Source: a candidate division CSSED10-310 bacterium (lineage in GTDB: Bacteria; CSSED10-310). From it: a stretch of 64,000 bases of DNA. Position numbers and translations under genes: made by a program. Below the pieces are notes generated by a model. That model saw only the letters and a list, made by a program, of their open reading frames with translations. It had not been told where the DNA came from and searched no databases. Shown here piece by piece: positions 1-8,907 of the stretch. Each line of letters opens with the position of its first letter. Within the stretch, counting starts at the first letter, position 1. The stretch lies in NCBI GenBank assembly GCA_003558985.1, contig PWNJ01000038.1, forward strand, positions 4,990-68,989, written 5' to 3'.

Positions 1-917
1 GTTATTCGGCGCTTCAGAATGTGACGATCAATCTGCCTCGAGTGGCATACCGGGCGGAAGGCAGTGATACCGAACTGTTCAAGGTATTGTCTGAACAGAT
101 TGAACTGGCGGTCAAAGCTCATATTGAAAAACGCGGGTTTATTCAGCAATTGCTGGATCAGGGTGAAACCGGGCCGCTGGCAATGCTGGCGATGAAAGCC
201 GACGGGCAACCCTATTTGCGCATGCATCGGGTCAGTTACCTGATTGGTATGGTCGGCCTGAATGAACTGGTACAGTATCACCGGGGCTGTGAAATGCATG
301 AATCGGTTGACGCATTGCGGTTTGGTCTGAAAGTTATCGCGCACATGAAACTGCTGGCAGACCGCCTGGGTAAACGGCATGATATGAACTTTGTGCTGGA
401 ACAGACTCCGGCTGAAAGCACCGCATACCGGTTTGCCAAACTGGATAGTGAGGATTTTCCGGTTCAGACACGAAAGACGGTAAAAGGCAATTTTGCGTCA
501 GGTGAAATTTATTATACCAATTCGAGTTATTTTAATGTGGCTCATGGGTCCAATCCGATTGAACGTGTCAAAAAGGAAGGCCTGTTTCATCCCATTATTG
601 AAGCCGGAGCGCTGACGCATATTTGGCTGGGTGAATCCAGACCGTCACCGGCCTCGCTGGCGAACCTGATTATCAAAATCTTCAAACAGACGCAGAATGA
701 TCAGGTTGCGTTCAGCCCGGAATTTACGACCTGTCTGGATTGCGGGCAGACCAGCCGCGGCCTGAATCAAAACTGTGTATTTTGCGATTCGACTAAAGTT
801 GAGGGGATTACCCGTATTACAGGATATTTCACCAAAATCGCCAGTTGGAACAAGGGCAAACTGGGCGAATTACGGGATCGTTTCCGGTCGCAACAGTATT
901 TTCAACCGGTTCAATAA
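1..917 (+). CDS. nrdD: Anaerobic ribonucleoside-triphosphate reductase NrdD, C-terminal part; the 5' end lies outside the window
   Basis: The frame is open from position 3. It contains a YYTNSS motif, a C-terminal Zn ribbon (CLDCG...CVFCDS) and the glycyl-radical motif TRITGYF. Confidence 0.85.
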   Translation, partial: YSALQNVTINLPRVAYRAEGSDTELFKVLSEQIELAVKAHIEKRGFIQQLLDQGETGPLAMLAMKADGQPYLRMHRVSYLIGMVGLNELVQYHRGCEMHESVDALRFGLKVIAHMKLLADRLGKRHDMNFVLEQTPAESTAYRFAKLDSEDFPVQTRKTVKGNFASGEIYYTNSSYFNVAHGSNPIERVKKEGLFHPIIEAGALTHIWLGESRPSPASLANLIIKIFKQTQNDQVAFSPEFTTCLDCGQTSRGLNQNCVFCDSTKVEGITRITGYFTKIASWNKGKLGELRDRFRSQQYFQPVQ

Positions 918-948
918 CCGTTTTTTCAGTTCTGAAGGAGGAGTGAGG

Positions 949-1191
949 ATGATTCTGTTTACCAAAACCGATTGCGGCAAATGCGATTACGTAAAAAGTC
1001 ATTTTGATTTGAATACGCTTGGTGTTCAGATTGACGAATTGTCCGATACAAATGCGGATGCTCTGGCGGATCTGGCTTTCTATGAACTGGTGGAGACCGC
1101 TGAAAAACAGTTGCCGATTCTGGTCACGAATGATGAACAGAAAATTACCGGCGCGATTAAAATCTCGCAGTTTCTTCGGTCACTGGCTTGA
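949..1191 (+). CDS. Small thioredoxin-fold, glutaredoxin/NrdH-like protein
   Basis: RBS GAAGGAGGA at 936-944 and ATG at 949. The N-terminus MILFTKTDCGKCDY carries a CxxC motif. The gene sits between nrdD and nrdG. The longer ORF start at 775 overlaps nrdD and is unlikely. Confidence 0.55.
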   Translation: MILFTKTDCGKCDYVKSHFDLNTLGVQIDELSDTNADALADLAFYELVETAEKQLPILVTNDEQKITGAIKISQFLRSLA

Positions 1192-1856
1192 ATAACACAG
1201 GACAGAATTATTACTTCAAAGGATTTATAGAAACGTCATTTATTGAATGGCCGGGCAAGATCGCATCGGTTGTGTTTCTTCCGAACTGCAATTTCCGATG
1301 TTCGTGGTGTCACAATATGCCCCTTGTCCTGCATCCTGAAACGCTGGAAGATATCCCGATAACGGATGTTATCAATCGTATAAACGAATTGTCCGACTGG
1401 GCGGATGGTGTGGTCATAACCGGCGGTGAACCAACGGTATCTGCGAATCTGCCTGAAATAATCAAAATGTTTATTCACCATAATATTCCGGTCAAACTGG
1501 ATACCAACGGTTCACGGCCGGATGTGCTGGAAGATTTGCTGACGCGAAACCTGTTGAGCGGTATATCCATGGATATCAAAGCGCCGCTGAAGACAAAAAA
1601 ATACAGTGCAGTTGCTGGTGTTCCGGTTGATATTCAGGTCATAAAACAGTCAGTGCAACTGATTATTCACTCCGGTATCTGGTATGAGTTTCGTACGACG
1701 GTTCTGGAGGATTTTCATACCGATGACGATATTGAACAAATACAGCAGTTTTTACGTGATATTGCCGGAACCACCCCGCTTCAGCGTCCGTTGAAACTCC
1801 AGCGAGGTGGCCGTTCGGCCACTGGCTGCACCGCAGCGTTCAAGGTTCAAGGTTAA
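1188..1856 (+). CDS. nrdG: Anaerobic ribonucleotide reductase activating protein NrdG (radical SAM)
   Basis: CNFRCSWCHN radical-SAM Cx3Cx2C cluster. The start overlaps the upstream gene by 4 nt. Confidence 0.8.
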   Translation: MNNTGQNYYFKGFIETSFIEWPGKIASVVFLPNCNFRCSWCHNMPLVLHPETLEDIPITDVINRINELSDWADGVVITGGEPTVSANLPEIIKMFIHHNIPVKLDTNGSRPDVLEDLLTRNLLSGISMDIKAPLKTKKYSAVAGVPVDIQVIKQSVQLIIHSGIWYEFRTTVLEDFHTDDDIEQIQQFLRDIAGTTPLQRPLKLQRGGRSATGCTAAFKVQG

Positions 1857-2548
1857 GAGGTAGGGGCGCGGCCTGACCGTGGCGTCCCGCCACGAGTGGA
1901 CGAGAAGACGAGAAGAGGAGCGGAGGATTAAAGGGTGCAAGATTCTAATGGTTAAATGGAACATTAATCGACTGCAACATGTTGCCTCCTTTCCTCTTCT
2001 CTTCCTTTCCTCCATTCTCCCCGGCGGCCGCTTCAGCTACCTGGGTTTCCGTCTTGTTAGATCAACCGATTGATTACTCTCGGCGCTTTTACCCTTTTAC
2101 CCTTGTCCGGAAAGCCCTGGGATTGATGTGTAATCCGGCAAAGACATGAAGCGAAGCCATGTCTCCGGATGGAACATCGATCTCAAGGCAATTGCACAGG
2201 TGAAGCGTGAATAATCCAGACCATTTCCGAAAAGGTGTTTGCACCTGATTCGGCGCAATTTGGTTCAAATTTGTCCGGATTCCTTTCTGAAATTCAGCCG
2301 AATTGCTGAGCGCTAGAAGAATGGACGCTTTTCGGAGAGCATCAATCTTGTAAAAACGCGTTCCAGCGGAGGTTTTCCCGGTCTTTGGAAAACCAAATTG
2401 TGGGGTTTATTCACACCTTAATTTATACGAGTAAAAGCATCCAAATTACCATTTTCGTCAGAAAACAAAGGGTTCGATGAAGCCCTCATTGGGATGATCT
2501 GTCGGACAACGAGACCGAATACGTTCGCGAACGTTTGTAGTGTAAACC

Positions 2549-2598
2549 TTGACATGCCGATGGAACTTACGTAAGATAGTATACGTAAGAAAGGAGGG
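2549..2598 (+). promoter_or_regulatory. Sigma70-like promoter (TTGACA-17 nt-TAAGAT) with a palindromic operator overlapping the -10, plus RBS
   Basis: TTGACA at 2549-2554 and TAAGAT at 2572-2577. The perfect palindrome CTTACGTAAG lies at 2566-2575 with a second TACGTAAG at 2582-2589. RBS AAGGAGGG at 2591-2598. Confidence 0.6.
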
Positions 2599-2602
2599 TG
2601 TA

Positions 2603-2860
2603 ATGGATAAAATTCTGTCGGCGCGAATAGACGAAAACATCATACTTCAAATTAACCGATTATCAAAACGGCTTCAAATTTCCAAGAAAAAGGTGATAGA
2701 AGATGCTGTCAACCAGTATGTCAAAGAAGTTGACGCGCATCAAAAAACGGATATTCTTTTGGAAACTCACGGTATATGGTCAAGGAATGAAGCGGTTGAA
2801 AGCACCATACGAAAATCGCGAAAAGCGTTTGAAAAGTCCATGAAAAGGCATTCTTTATGA
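2603..2860 (+). CDS. vapB: Ribbon-helix-helix antitoxin (VapB/CopG-like)
   Basis: Small protein whose beta-strand/helix N-terminus (SARIDENIILQINRLSKRLQISKKKVIEDAV) is RHH-like. It overlaps the downstream PIN gene by 4 nt. Confidence 0.65.
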   Translation: MDKILSARIDENIILQINRLSKRLQISKKKVIEDAVNQYVKEVDAHQKTDILLETHGIWSRNEAVESTIRKSRKAFEKSMKRHSL

Positions 2861-3261
2861 GAGCTTACATTGATTCGGATATCCTCATATGGCATCTGCG
2901 CGGGAACAAAAAAGCCACTGTTTTTTTGCGTGATATGCTGAATGACAAGCGGTATGAATGCTGGATTGGCGCGATGCAGCGAGCAGAGATTATGTTTTTT
3001 ACAAAACCTGATGAAGACACTATGACACGTTTGTTTCTTTCGCAATTTAAGACTGCCGCTGTAACGCAGCAAATAGTTGATTCCGGAGCTTTGCTTTACA
3101 AAACCTGGTATAAGAGCCATCGGATAGATATCAACGATGCATTTTTGGCAGCTACGGCGTTGCAGACGGGCGGCACGGTATTCACGCTGAATGTAAAACA
3201 TTATCCCATGCCGGACCTGTCTGTTGTCCAGGCCTGGAAGCCATCTGAAACATTACAATAA
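2857..3261 (+). CDS. vapC: PIN-domain toxin VapC
   Basis: MRAYIDSDILIWHL is a typical PIN N-terminus with its acidic residues. The protein is 134 aa and is coupled to the upstream RHH gene. Confidence 0.75.
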   Translation: MRAYIDSDILIWHLRGNKKATVFLRDMLNDKRYECWIGAMQRAEIMFFTKPDEDTMTRLFLSQFKTAAVTQQIVDSGALLYKTWYKSHRIDINDAFLAATALQTGGTVFTLNVKHYPMPDLSVVQAWKPSETLQ

Positions 3262-3272
3262 TGTCATACTTC

Positions 3273-3392
3273 AACCATCAACCTTCAACCTCTTATGCCT
3301 TCCGCCTTCAGCCTTAAGCCCTCCGCCCTGCGCCTTCAGCCCTAAGCCTTAAGCCCTAAGCCTTAAGCCCTAAGCCTTAAGCCCTAAGCCTT
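3273..3392. repeat. Tandem short-period repeat (heptamer CCYTAAG / 14-mer GCCTTAAGCCCTAA, about 12 heptamer copies, preceded by 3 copies of CAACC)
   Basis: Read directly: ...gccttcagccttaagccctccgccctgcgccttcagccctaagccttaagccctaagccttaagccctaagccttaagccctaagcctt. A TTGACA hexamer follows immediately at 3394-3399. Confidence 0.9.
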
Positions 3393-3491
3393 GTTGACAT
3401 GATCAATCTTAAAATGATACGTTTACGCGTCGATCAGGATGCATTAGTGTCTGTTGTAACAATTTTGCGATTATAAAGAGGGTTTTTGACA

Positions 3492-6449
3492 ATGGAAAAT
3501 GAAGCTGTTTGCATTAAAACCGACGGAACGCAAAAGCTCTATGCTGGCCTGCCTTTGCAGACATGGCTGTGGATAGGGCTGTTTTTGTTTGTGATATTTA
3601 CCCGATTTCATCATTTGGGAGACAAACCGTTCCATCATGACGAAAGTCTGTATGGAAAATACATCTGGAATTTTCATGTCGGTCAGGGATACAAATACGA
3701 TCCGATGCAGCATGGGCCGTTTCTGTTCTTCATCAGCCAGCCCATACTGTTTATGTTTGGCGTGTCCAATTATACAATTCGAATGGTTCCGGCTCTGACC
3801 GGTTTTTTTATTACATTTATGTGTTTTTTAATGCGGCGTCGCTTACCGTCCGGAGTTGCCCTGATGACCGGCTGGCTTTTCGCCATCAATGCCGTTGCCA
3901 TGTATTATCAGCGGTTTCTGCTTCATGATCAGTTGTTTACGCTATTTGCGGTGTTGATGATTTTTATACCATTTCTATGGTTTAAAGACCGTAAACAATG
4001 GCAGTATTACGCGTTCTGCGCTGCAACATCAATACTGTATTGTATCAAAGGCAATGCCTTTATTCATTACCTGACCATTTATCTGTTCCTGATAATGTAT
4101 GCCGTCTATTGGCTGTTCATGAAAAAGAAAAAAGTTTCAGAACTGTTTGAAACCTATCCTTTGACAACCAAAACATTCGGTACTGTAACTTTCTGGGGAA
4201 TTGCGTTTGTTATTTATGCATTGGTTAACCAGTTCTGGAGAGGATCCTTCACGAATTGGGATAAAGCATTACACACATACTGGATCGCCATATATGTGCT
4301 ATTTTTCCTTATTGTCGGATGTTTTGTGTATCTGGGTGAAGCCGTGCGGCTTAAACCACGCAAAAAAATACTGGGATTATCACCTGAGTTTTACAAGGAC
4401 AGCCATATCTTTGCTGTTGGAACGGTGATCTTTTTTGCCATTATGATATTCATGTACACCACAATGGGTCAAAACCCCAAAGGGTTCTGGGGCGCAATGT
4501 ATGAATGGTACACATACTGGCTCCATCAGCATACGATTGCACGTATATCCGGACCATTTCACTATTACCATCATCAGATGCTTATCTATGCATTTCTGCC
4601 TCTGGCGGTTACGCTTGTGGCCTTATTCGGACGTGCTCTGCGAAGAAATCCGGCAATCACCGGAGCGTATATTATCGGTTCAACTATCATGATATATGGT
4701 TTTGGGCACTTACGGAACCCATTACCATTTACAAAAGAAAACCTGTTTACCAATCAACACATGGCTATGGCAATAGCGGCTTTTGTTGGTGGAGTTCTGA
4801 TGACGTTTTCGTATATGCGGCAGAAAATGTTTTTGAAATCATTTTATGTCTGGTGGTTTGCTTTTGCCTATATTGTCTATTCATACCTTCAGGAAAAAGT
4901 ACCCTGGCTGGTAATGCATATTATCACTCCGTTGTTTCTTTATGCTGCCTGGGTGTTAATTGATGTTTTCATCGATAAAAAGCATTTCAGCAAATGGGTT
5001 AGAACTTCTGTGATTGTTTTGTTTGGTCTGATGGTCATGTATGAAACGCATACGTCATTTCAGTTAAGTTTTCATAATGAAGCAGATCCGGTTGAACAGA
5101 TGGTGTATGTTCAGACGACATATGAAATACCGATGATCATGGAAGAAATTGAGCGGATAGCATATTGGCAGAATACGCTGCATAAGAAGGAGCTTCCGAT
5201 GGTGGTAACCGGACATGCCACCTGGCCGTTTTACTGGTATTTACGGGATTGGTCCGGTATCAGTTATGGAGCTACTGTCAATCCGGACAGGCATTTGATG
5301 GTAATATGCAATTGGGAGGATCGTCATCGGTTCGCTGAACGTCTGGGTGATCGTTTTATCGTCAGACAATACGGACTGCGAGCCTGGTTCCTTCCAAAAT
5401 TTGCTGATGTTGCCCGGGACGGTAAATTCTGGCACAACGCATGGCGCTGGATGGTGTATCGGGAAAAATTCAATCCAAATCTCTATGGAGCTCAGCATAT
5501 AGCTGTGTTTACCCGTGAGGATGTGTCAATGTTTCAGAAAAGTGTTGATCTGGGTCCGGCGCCTCAACCGACACCGCGCCGCGATCCGCCGCGCCGTGAT
5601 GTGTTGCAGGGAACCAGTCTGAATACATTCGGAACATTCGGCTCTCAAAGGGGAAGATTTAACTCACCAAAAGGAGTCGCAATTGATTCACAAGGCAATA
5701 TATACGTGGCTGATCAGCGGAATAACAGAATACAAAAATTTGATCCTGCAGGTCGTCAGCTTCTGGCATGGGGGTCAAGCGGCAGCGATAACGGCCAGTT
5801 TAATCAGCCGTCGGGGGTTTTCGTCGGTCGGGGTGATCACGTATATGTGACTGATACATGGAATCATCGAATACAGAAATTTGACTCCGAAGGTAAATTT
5901 GTTTTGGCGTTTGGAGACAGCTCGATGCTCTGGGCTCCCAAAGACATTGTTGAGGATGCTGATGGGTTCCTGTATGTCGCCAACACGGGTTTTCATAACA
6001 TTATGAAATTTACCCGGGGTGGCAGCCGCGTATGGTCTGTCGGCCGAAAAGGTACTGGCGCCCGCGAGTTTACCGAACCGGTCGGGCTGGCTCTGGACAG
6101 CCAGGGAAGATTATATGTCGCCGACACTGCCAATAAACGTATCTCGGTGTACGACAGCAACGGGAATCATTTACGGCAGTTTAATGTGTATGGAATGGAA
6201 GAATATTATACGGAACCGTATATTGCCATTGATGAGCAGAACGACAGAATTTATGTCACGGATTCACGCAATAATAACATTCAGGTATTTGACATGAACG
6301 GATCATTCCAGGGTTTCTGGGGCAGGGAAGGGGCCGGCGAGGGTCAATTCAGATTGCCGACCGGTATCACTTATGCTGACGGCAGACTGATCGTAACTGA
6401 AGCACAGAATCACCGTGTTCAGGTATTTGATGCGGCTGACGTGCGCTGA
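3492..6449 (+). CDS. Large polytopic membrane protein: TIGR03663-like GT-C domain (PMT_2-like, DE and HGP motifs) fused to a C-terminal NHL-repeat beta-propeller
   Basis: HHDESLYG and MQHGPF motifs near the N-terminus, and more than 12 hydrophobic segments. From about nt 5615 there are repeated NHL units (GRFNSPKGVAIDSQGNIYVADQRNNRIQKFD, GQFNQPSGVFV...VTDTWNHRIQKFD, etc.). RBS AAGAGGG lies upstream of ATG 3492. Confidence 0.75.
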   Translation: MENEAVCIKTDGTQKLYAGLPLQTWLWIGLFLFVIFTRFHHLGDKPFHHDESLYGKYIWNFHVGQGYKYDPMQHGPFLFFISQPILFMFGVSNYTIRMVPALTGFFITFMCFLMRRRLPSGVALMTGWLFAINAVAMYYQRFLLHDQLFTLFAVLMIFIPFLWFKDRKQWQYYAFCAATSILYCIKGNAFIHYLTIYLFLIMYAVYWLFMKKKKVSELFETYPLTTKTFGTVTFWGIAFVIYALVNQFWRGSFTNWDKALHTYWIAIYVLFFLIVGCFVYLGEAVRLKPRKKILGLSPEFYKDSHIFAVGTVIFFAIMIFMYTTMGQNPKGFWGAMYEWYTYWLHQHTIARISGPFHYYHHQMLIYAFLPLAVTLVALFGRALRRNPAITGAYIIGSTIMIYGFGHLRNPLPFTKENLFTNQHMAMAIAAFVGGVLMTFSYMRQKMFLKSFYVWWFAFAYIVYSYLQEKVPWLVMHIITPLFLYAAWVLIDVFIDKKHFSKWVRTSVIVLFGLMVMYETHTSFQLSFHNEADPVEQMVYVQTTYEIPMIMEEIERIAYWQNTLHKKELPMVVTGHATWPFYWYLRDWSGISYGATVNPDRHLMVICNWEDRHRFAERLGDRFIVRQYGLRAWFLPKFADVARDGKFWHNAWRWMVYREKFNPNLYGAQHIAVFTREDVSMFQKSVDLGPAPQPTPRRDPPRRDVLQGTSLNTFGTFGSQRGRFNSPKGVAIDSQGNIYVADQRNNRIQKFDPAGRQLLAWGSSGSDNGQFNQPSGVFVGRGDHVYVTDTWNHRIQKFDSEGKFVLAFGDSSMLWAPKDIVEDADGFLYVANTGFHNIMKFTRGGSRVWSVGRKGTGAREFTEPVGLALDSQGRLYVADTANKRISVYDSNGNHLRQFNVYGMEEYYTEPYIAIDEQNDRIYVTDSRNNNIQVFDMNGSFQGFWGREGAGEGQFRLPTGITYADGRLIVTEAQNHRVQVFDAADVR

Positions 6450-6520
6450 TCAACCGGGCCGCGGCTGCATTAACAACCTGTCGTGCAATACGTGACACGA
6501 AGTAAAGGAGGACAATTCCG

Positions 6521-8890
6521 GTGGCAGAAGGTCTTTTACTGGTGTTTGTTTGGTGGTTCTGGATACAGATAATCGGCCTGGTCTCATGGCCGCTGTCGCA
6601 CCGTTTTTTTCGCAGTTTCCCCGATAACGGATATATCCTTGCAAAAGGTCTGGGACTTGTTCTTACAGGCTTTGTCAACTGGATTCTTGTTTCATTAAGA
6701 ATAATGAAATTCTCAGTCCTGTCCGTCATTACCGCCATCGTTATTATTGCCGCGTTGTCATGGTTCCTTAAAAAACAACCGCTAATAGCATTTCTACAGT
6801 TTTTAAAAGATCGAAAAAACATCGTTTTTACCACTGAAACTCTGTTTCTGGTCGCATTTATTGCTTTCGCTATCGTCCGAATGGGTAATCCCGATATCGC
6901 TCAAACAGAAAAGATGCCGGATTATGCATTCCTGACCGGTATTGTTACCAGTGATTATTTTCCGCCACGAGATCCCTGGTTTGCCGACGGCACAATCAAT
7001 TACTTCTATTACGGCCATTATCTGGTCGGAATGCTGACGAAAGTGGCCCGAACAGCCCCGGAATATGGATACAATCTGGGCGTTGCCGTAATCTTTGCTT
7101 TTACTCTGCTGAATGCCGCAGGTGTCGCGTATGCACTGATTAAAAAGCTATGGTTTGGTGTTCTTGGAGGTCTTTTTGTTGCGTTTATTGGCAATCTGGA
7201 TTGTGCGATCCAGTTTTTTTCACATCTGGGTAAATTTTTAAGTGGAGAACGACAAATTTATCCGTTTACCTGGTTTAACTGGTGGATGAGCTCACGCGTT
7301 ATTGTGCGTGAGGGTATTGATATCACAATCAACGAATTCCCATTCTGGAGCTATATACTCGGTGATTTGCACGCACACATGAATGTGGTGCCGATATCAT
7401 TGATTGTGCTGGCGATTATTCTGGAATTCTTCCGTTCATCCGGCCCCGGCCTGGATAGTGTCGGATACGGAAACGACAAATGGTTCCGTCTGGCCGTTGC
7501 TGCAATTGCTCTTGGCGCTATCCCCGCCGCCAATACATGGGATACCCCCACCTATTATGCGCTGATGGTTGCCGGACTCCTTCTGGGACGACAGTTTCTG
7601 GTCACCGGACATCTATTAAAGGCAACAAACAAAGAGGCCATATCCGTGGCCGGTGTTGTTCTGTCGCCGATTTCCGAATTTTTTAGCAGAATCAGTCGCT
7701 CCATCAGACACGGCTGGAAAAACCAGGGTTGGAGCGAATTGTTCCAATCATGGTTGGGTATTGCTGGTGTAATTATCCTGTCTTTGGTTGTGTATTTGCC
7801 ATTTCATGCAAATTTTCATCCGGCTGGAACTCAGGGACTCAGAGTGGTCAATCCGGTTCAATATACAATTGCAGGCGATTTTCTGACGATATATGGTTTT
7901 TTCTTTTACTGTATGTTTCCATTCGCTGTTGCGCTTTTATGGCCACGGTTCAGCAAACTGAATAGTCGCCTGAAACCGTTGGTCTCAATAGCTCTGGTCG
8001 CTATGTTTTTTATACTGATGCTGGCGTTTAATCGCTTTATGATACCCTTTTGCCTGTATTTTCTTGCGTTCGTACTGGCGGTTCCGTTGCAGAAAAATGA
8101 TCCTGAAATAAAGGAAAAGTTTTTTGCTCTGGCGATGTGTGTCATGGTTTTGCTGATATTGCTGGGGTGCGAGTTTTTCTATATCAAGGATGCATACGGC
8201 CGAACTCTCGAACGACAAAATACTATTTTCAAGTTTTATTACCAGGCATGGATATTTTGCGGTATTGCATCAGCATATGCGGTGTACTGGTTCAGAAAAC
8301 ACGCCAGACCGGTGTTATACTATGCATGGGAACCCGGATTTCGTATTCTGCTTGTCTGCACTTTGATGTTCCCTTTTATCGGGTCTGCAGTAAAAACAAA
8401 CCATTTCCGCTCCTTCACCAATCCATCCCGACATGCCAAACCTACTCTGGATGGTATGTTTTATATGACATGGCAACACAAAGGTGATTATGAAGCAATA
8501 ATGTGGCTTAGAAATAATGCTGATCCGGAACAACGCGTGCTGGAAGCGACCGGTCCGGCGTTTTCGCATTATGGACGAATCTCTGCCGGCACCGGTATGG
8601 CTACCATTCTGGGGTGGGGAAATCATCAGAATATATGGCGTGACGGGTCATGGAAAATGGTTAATGAACGCAGCGGACATGTCAGGCAGGCCTATACATC
8701 AACTGATCCGAATCAAATCAGGAGCATACTGGATAAATACCGTATAGATTATGTGTTTTACGGACGACTGGAACGTGAGCAGTATTCGAACTCATCACCG
8801 GATAACTTCGCGTTTCTGGAAAAGGTGATGGAAACAAGGGATAGTGATAACAGAACGGTGTATCTGTTCCGGTATGTTCCGGAGAATTAG
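6521..8890 (+). CDS. DUF2298 / Chlor_Arch_YYY (TIGR03662-like) integral membrane protein
   Basis: FPPRDPWFADGTINYFYYGHY motif. It is highly hydrophobic at 789 aa. GTG start with RBS GGAGGA. The C-terminal third is paralogous to the C-terminal part of the 2012-aa protein (FKFYYQAWIF...PTLDGMFYM...). Confidence 0.75.
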   Translation: MAEGLLLVFVWWFWIQIIGLVSWPLSHRFFRSFPDNGYILAKGLGLVLTGFVNWILVSLRIMKFSVLSVITAIVIIAALSWFLKKQPLIAFLQFLKDRKNIVFTTETLFLVAFIAFAIVRMGNPDIAQTEKMPDYAFLTGIVTSDYFPPRDPWFADGTINYFYYGHYLVGMLTKVARTAPEYGYNLGVAVIFAFTLLNAAGVAYALIKKLWFGVLGGLFVAFIGNLDCAIQFFSHLGKFLSGERQIYPFTWFNWWMSSRVIVREGIDITINEFPFWSYILGDLHAHMNVVPISLIVLAIILEFFRSSGPGLDSVGYGNDKWFRLAVAAIALGAIPAANTWDTPTYYALMVAGLLLGRQFLVTGHLLKATNKEAISVAGVVLSPISEFFSRISRSIRHGWKNQGWSELFQSWLGIAGVIILSLVVYLPFHANFHPAGTQGLRVVNPVQYTIAGDFLTIYGFFFYCMFPFAVALLWPRFSKLNSRLKPLVSIALVAMFFILMLAFNRFMIPFCLYFLAFVLAVPLQKNDPEIKEKFFALAMCVMVLLILLGCEFFYIKDAYGRTLERQNTIFKFYYQAWIFCGIASAYAVYWFRKHARPVLYYAWEPGFRILLVCTLMFPFIGSAVKTNHFRSFTNPSRHAKPTLDGMFYMTWQHKGDYEAIMWLRNNADPEQRVLEATGPAFSHYGRISAGTGMATILGWGNHQNIWRDGSWKMVNERSGHVRQAYTSTDPNQIRSILDKYRIDYVFYGRLEREQYSNSSPDNFAFLEKVMETRDSDNRTVYLFRYVPEN

Positions 8891-8907
8891 TTTTTGAAGG
8901 AGATATC

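Noticed and set aside
775-1191. Long form (138 aa) of the glutaredoxin-like ORF starting at 775
   Set aside because: The first 58 codons overlap the 3' end of nrdD in another frame. A strong RBS and ATG at 949 give a conventional 80-aa thioredoxin-fold protein.
1752-2073. ORFs 1752-2015 (-) and 1879-2073 (+) downstream of nrdG
   Set aside because: They are encoded by complementary purine/pyrimidine tracts (Arg/Glu/Lys- or Ser/Leu/Pro-rich products) with no RBS. They are more likely non-coding structured DNA/RNA (see the finding at 1857-2548).
2466-2486. tRNA T-arm-like sequence aagggttcgatgaagccct
   Set aside because: The loop is 10 nt, not the canonical 7-nt TPsiC loop, and no acceptor/anticodon arms can be formed around it. 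It is not a tRNA.
3273-3392. Tandem repeat considered as a possible CRISPR array
   Set aside because: The units are 7/14 bp with no unique spacers and there are no cas genes. It is a simple tandem repeat, not CRISPR.
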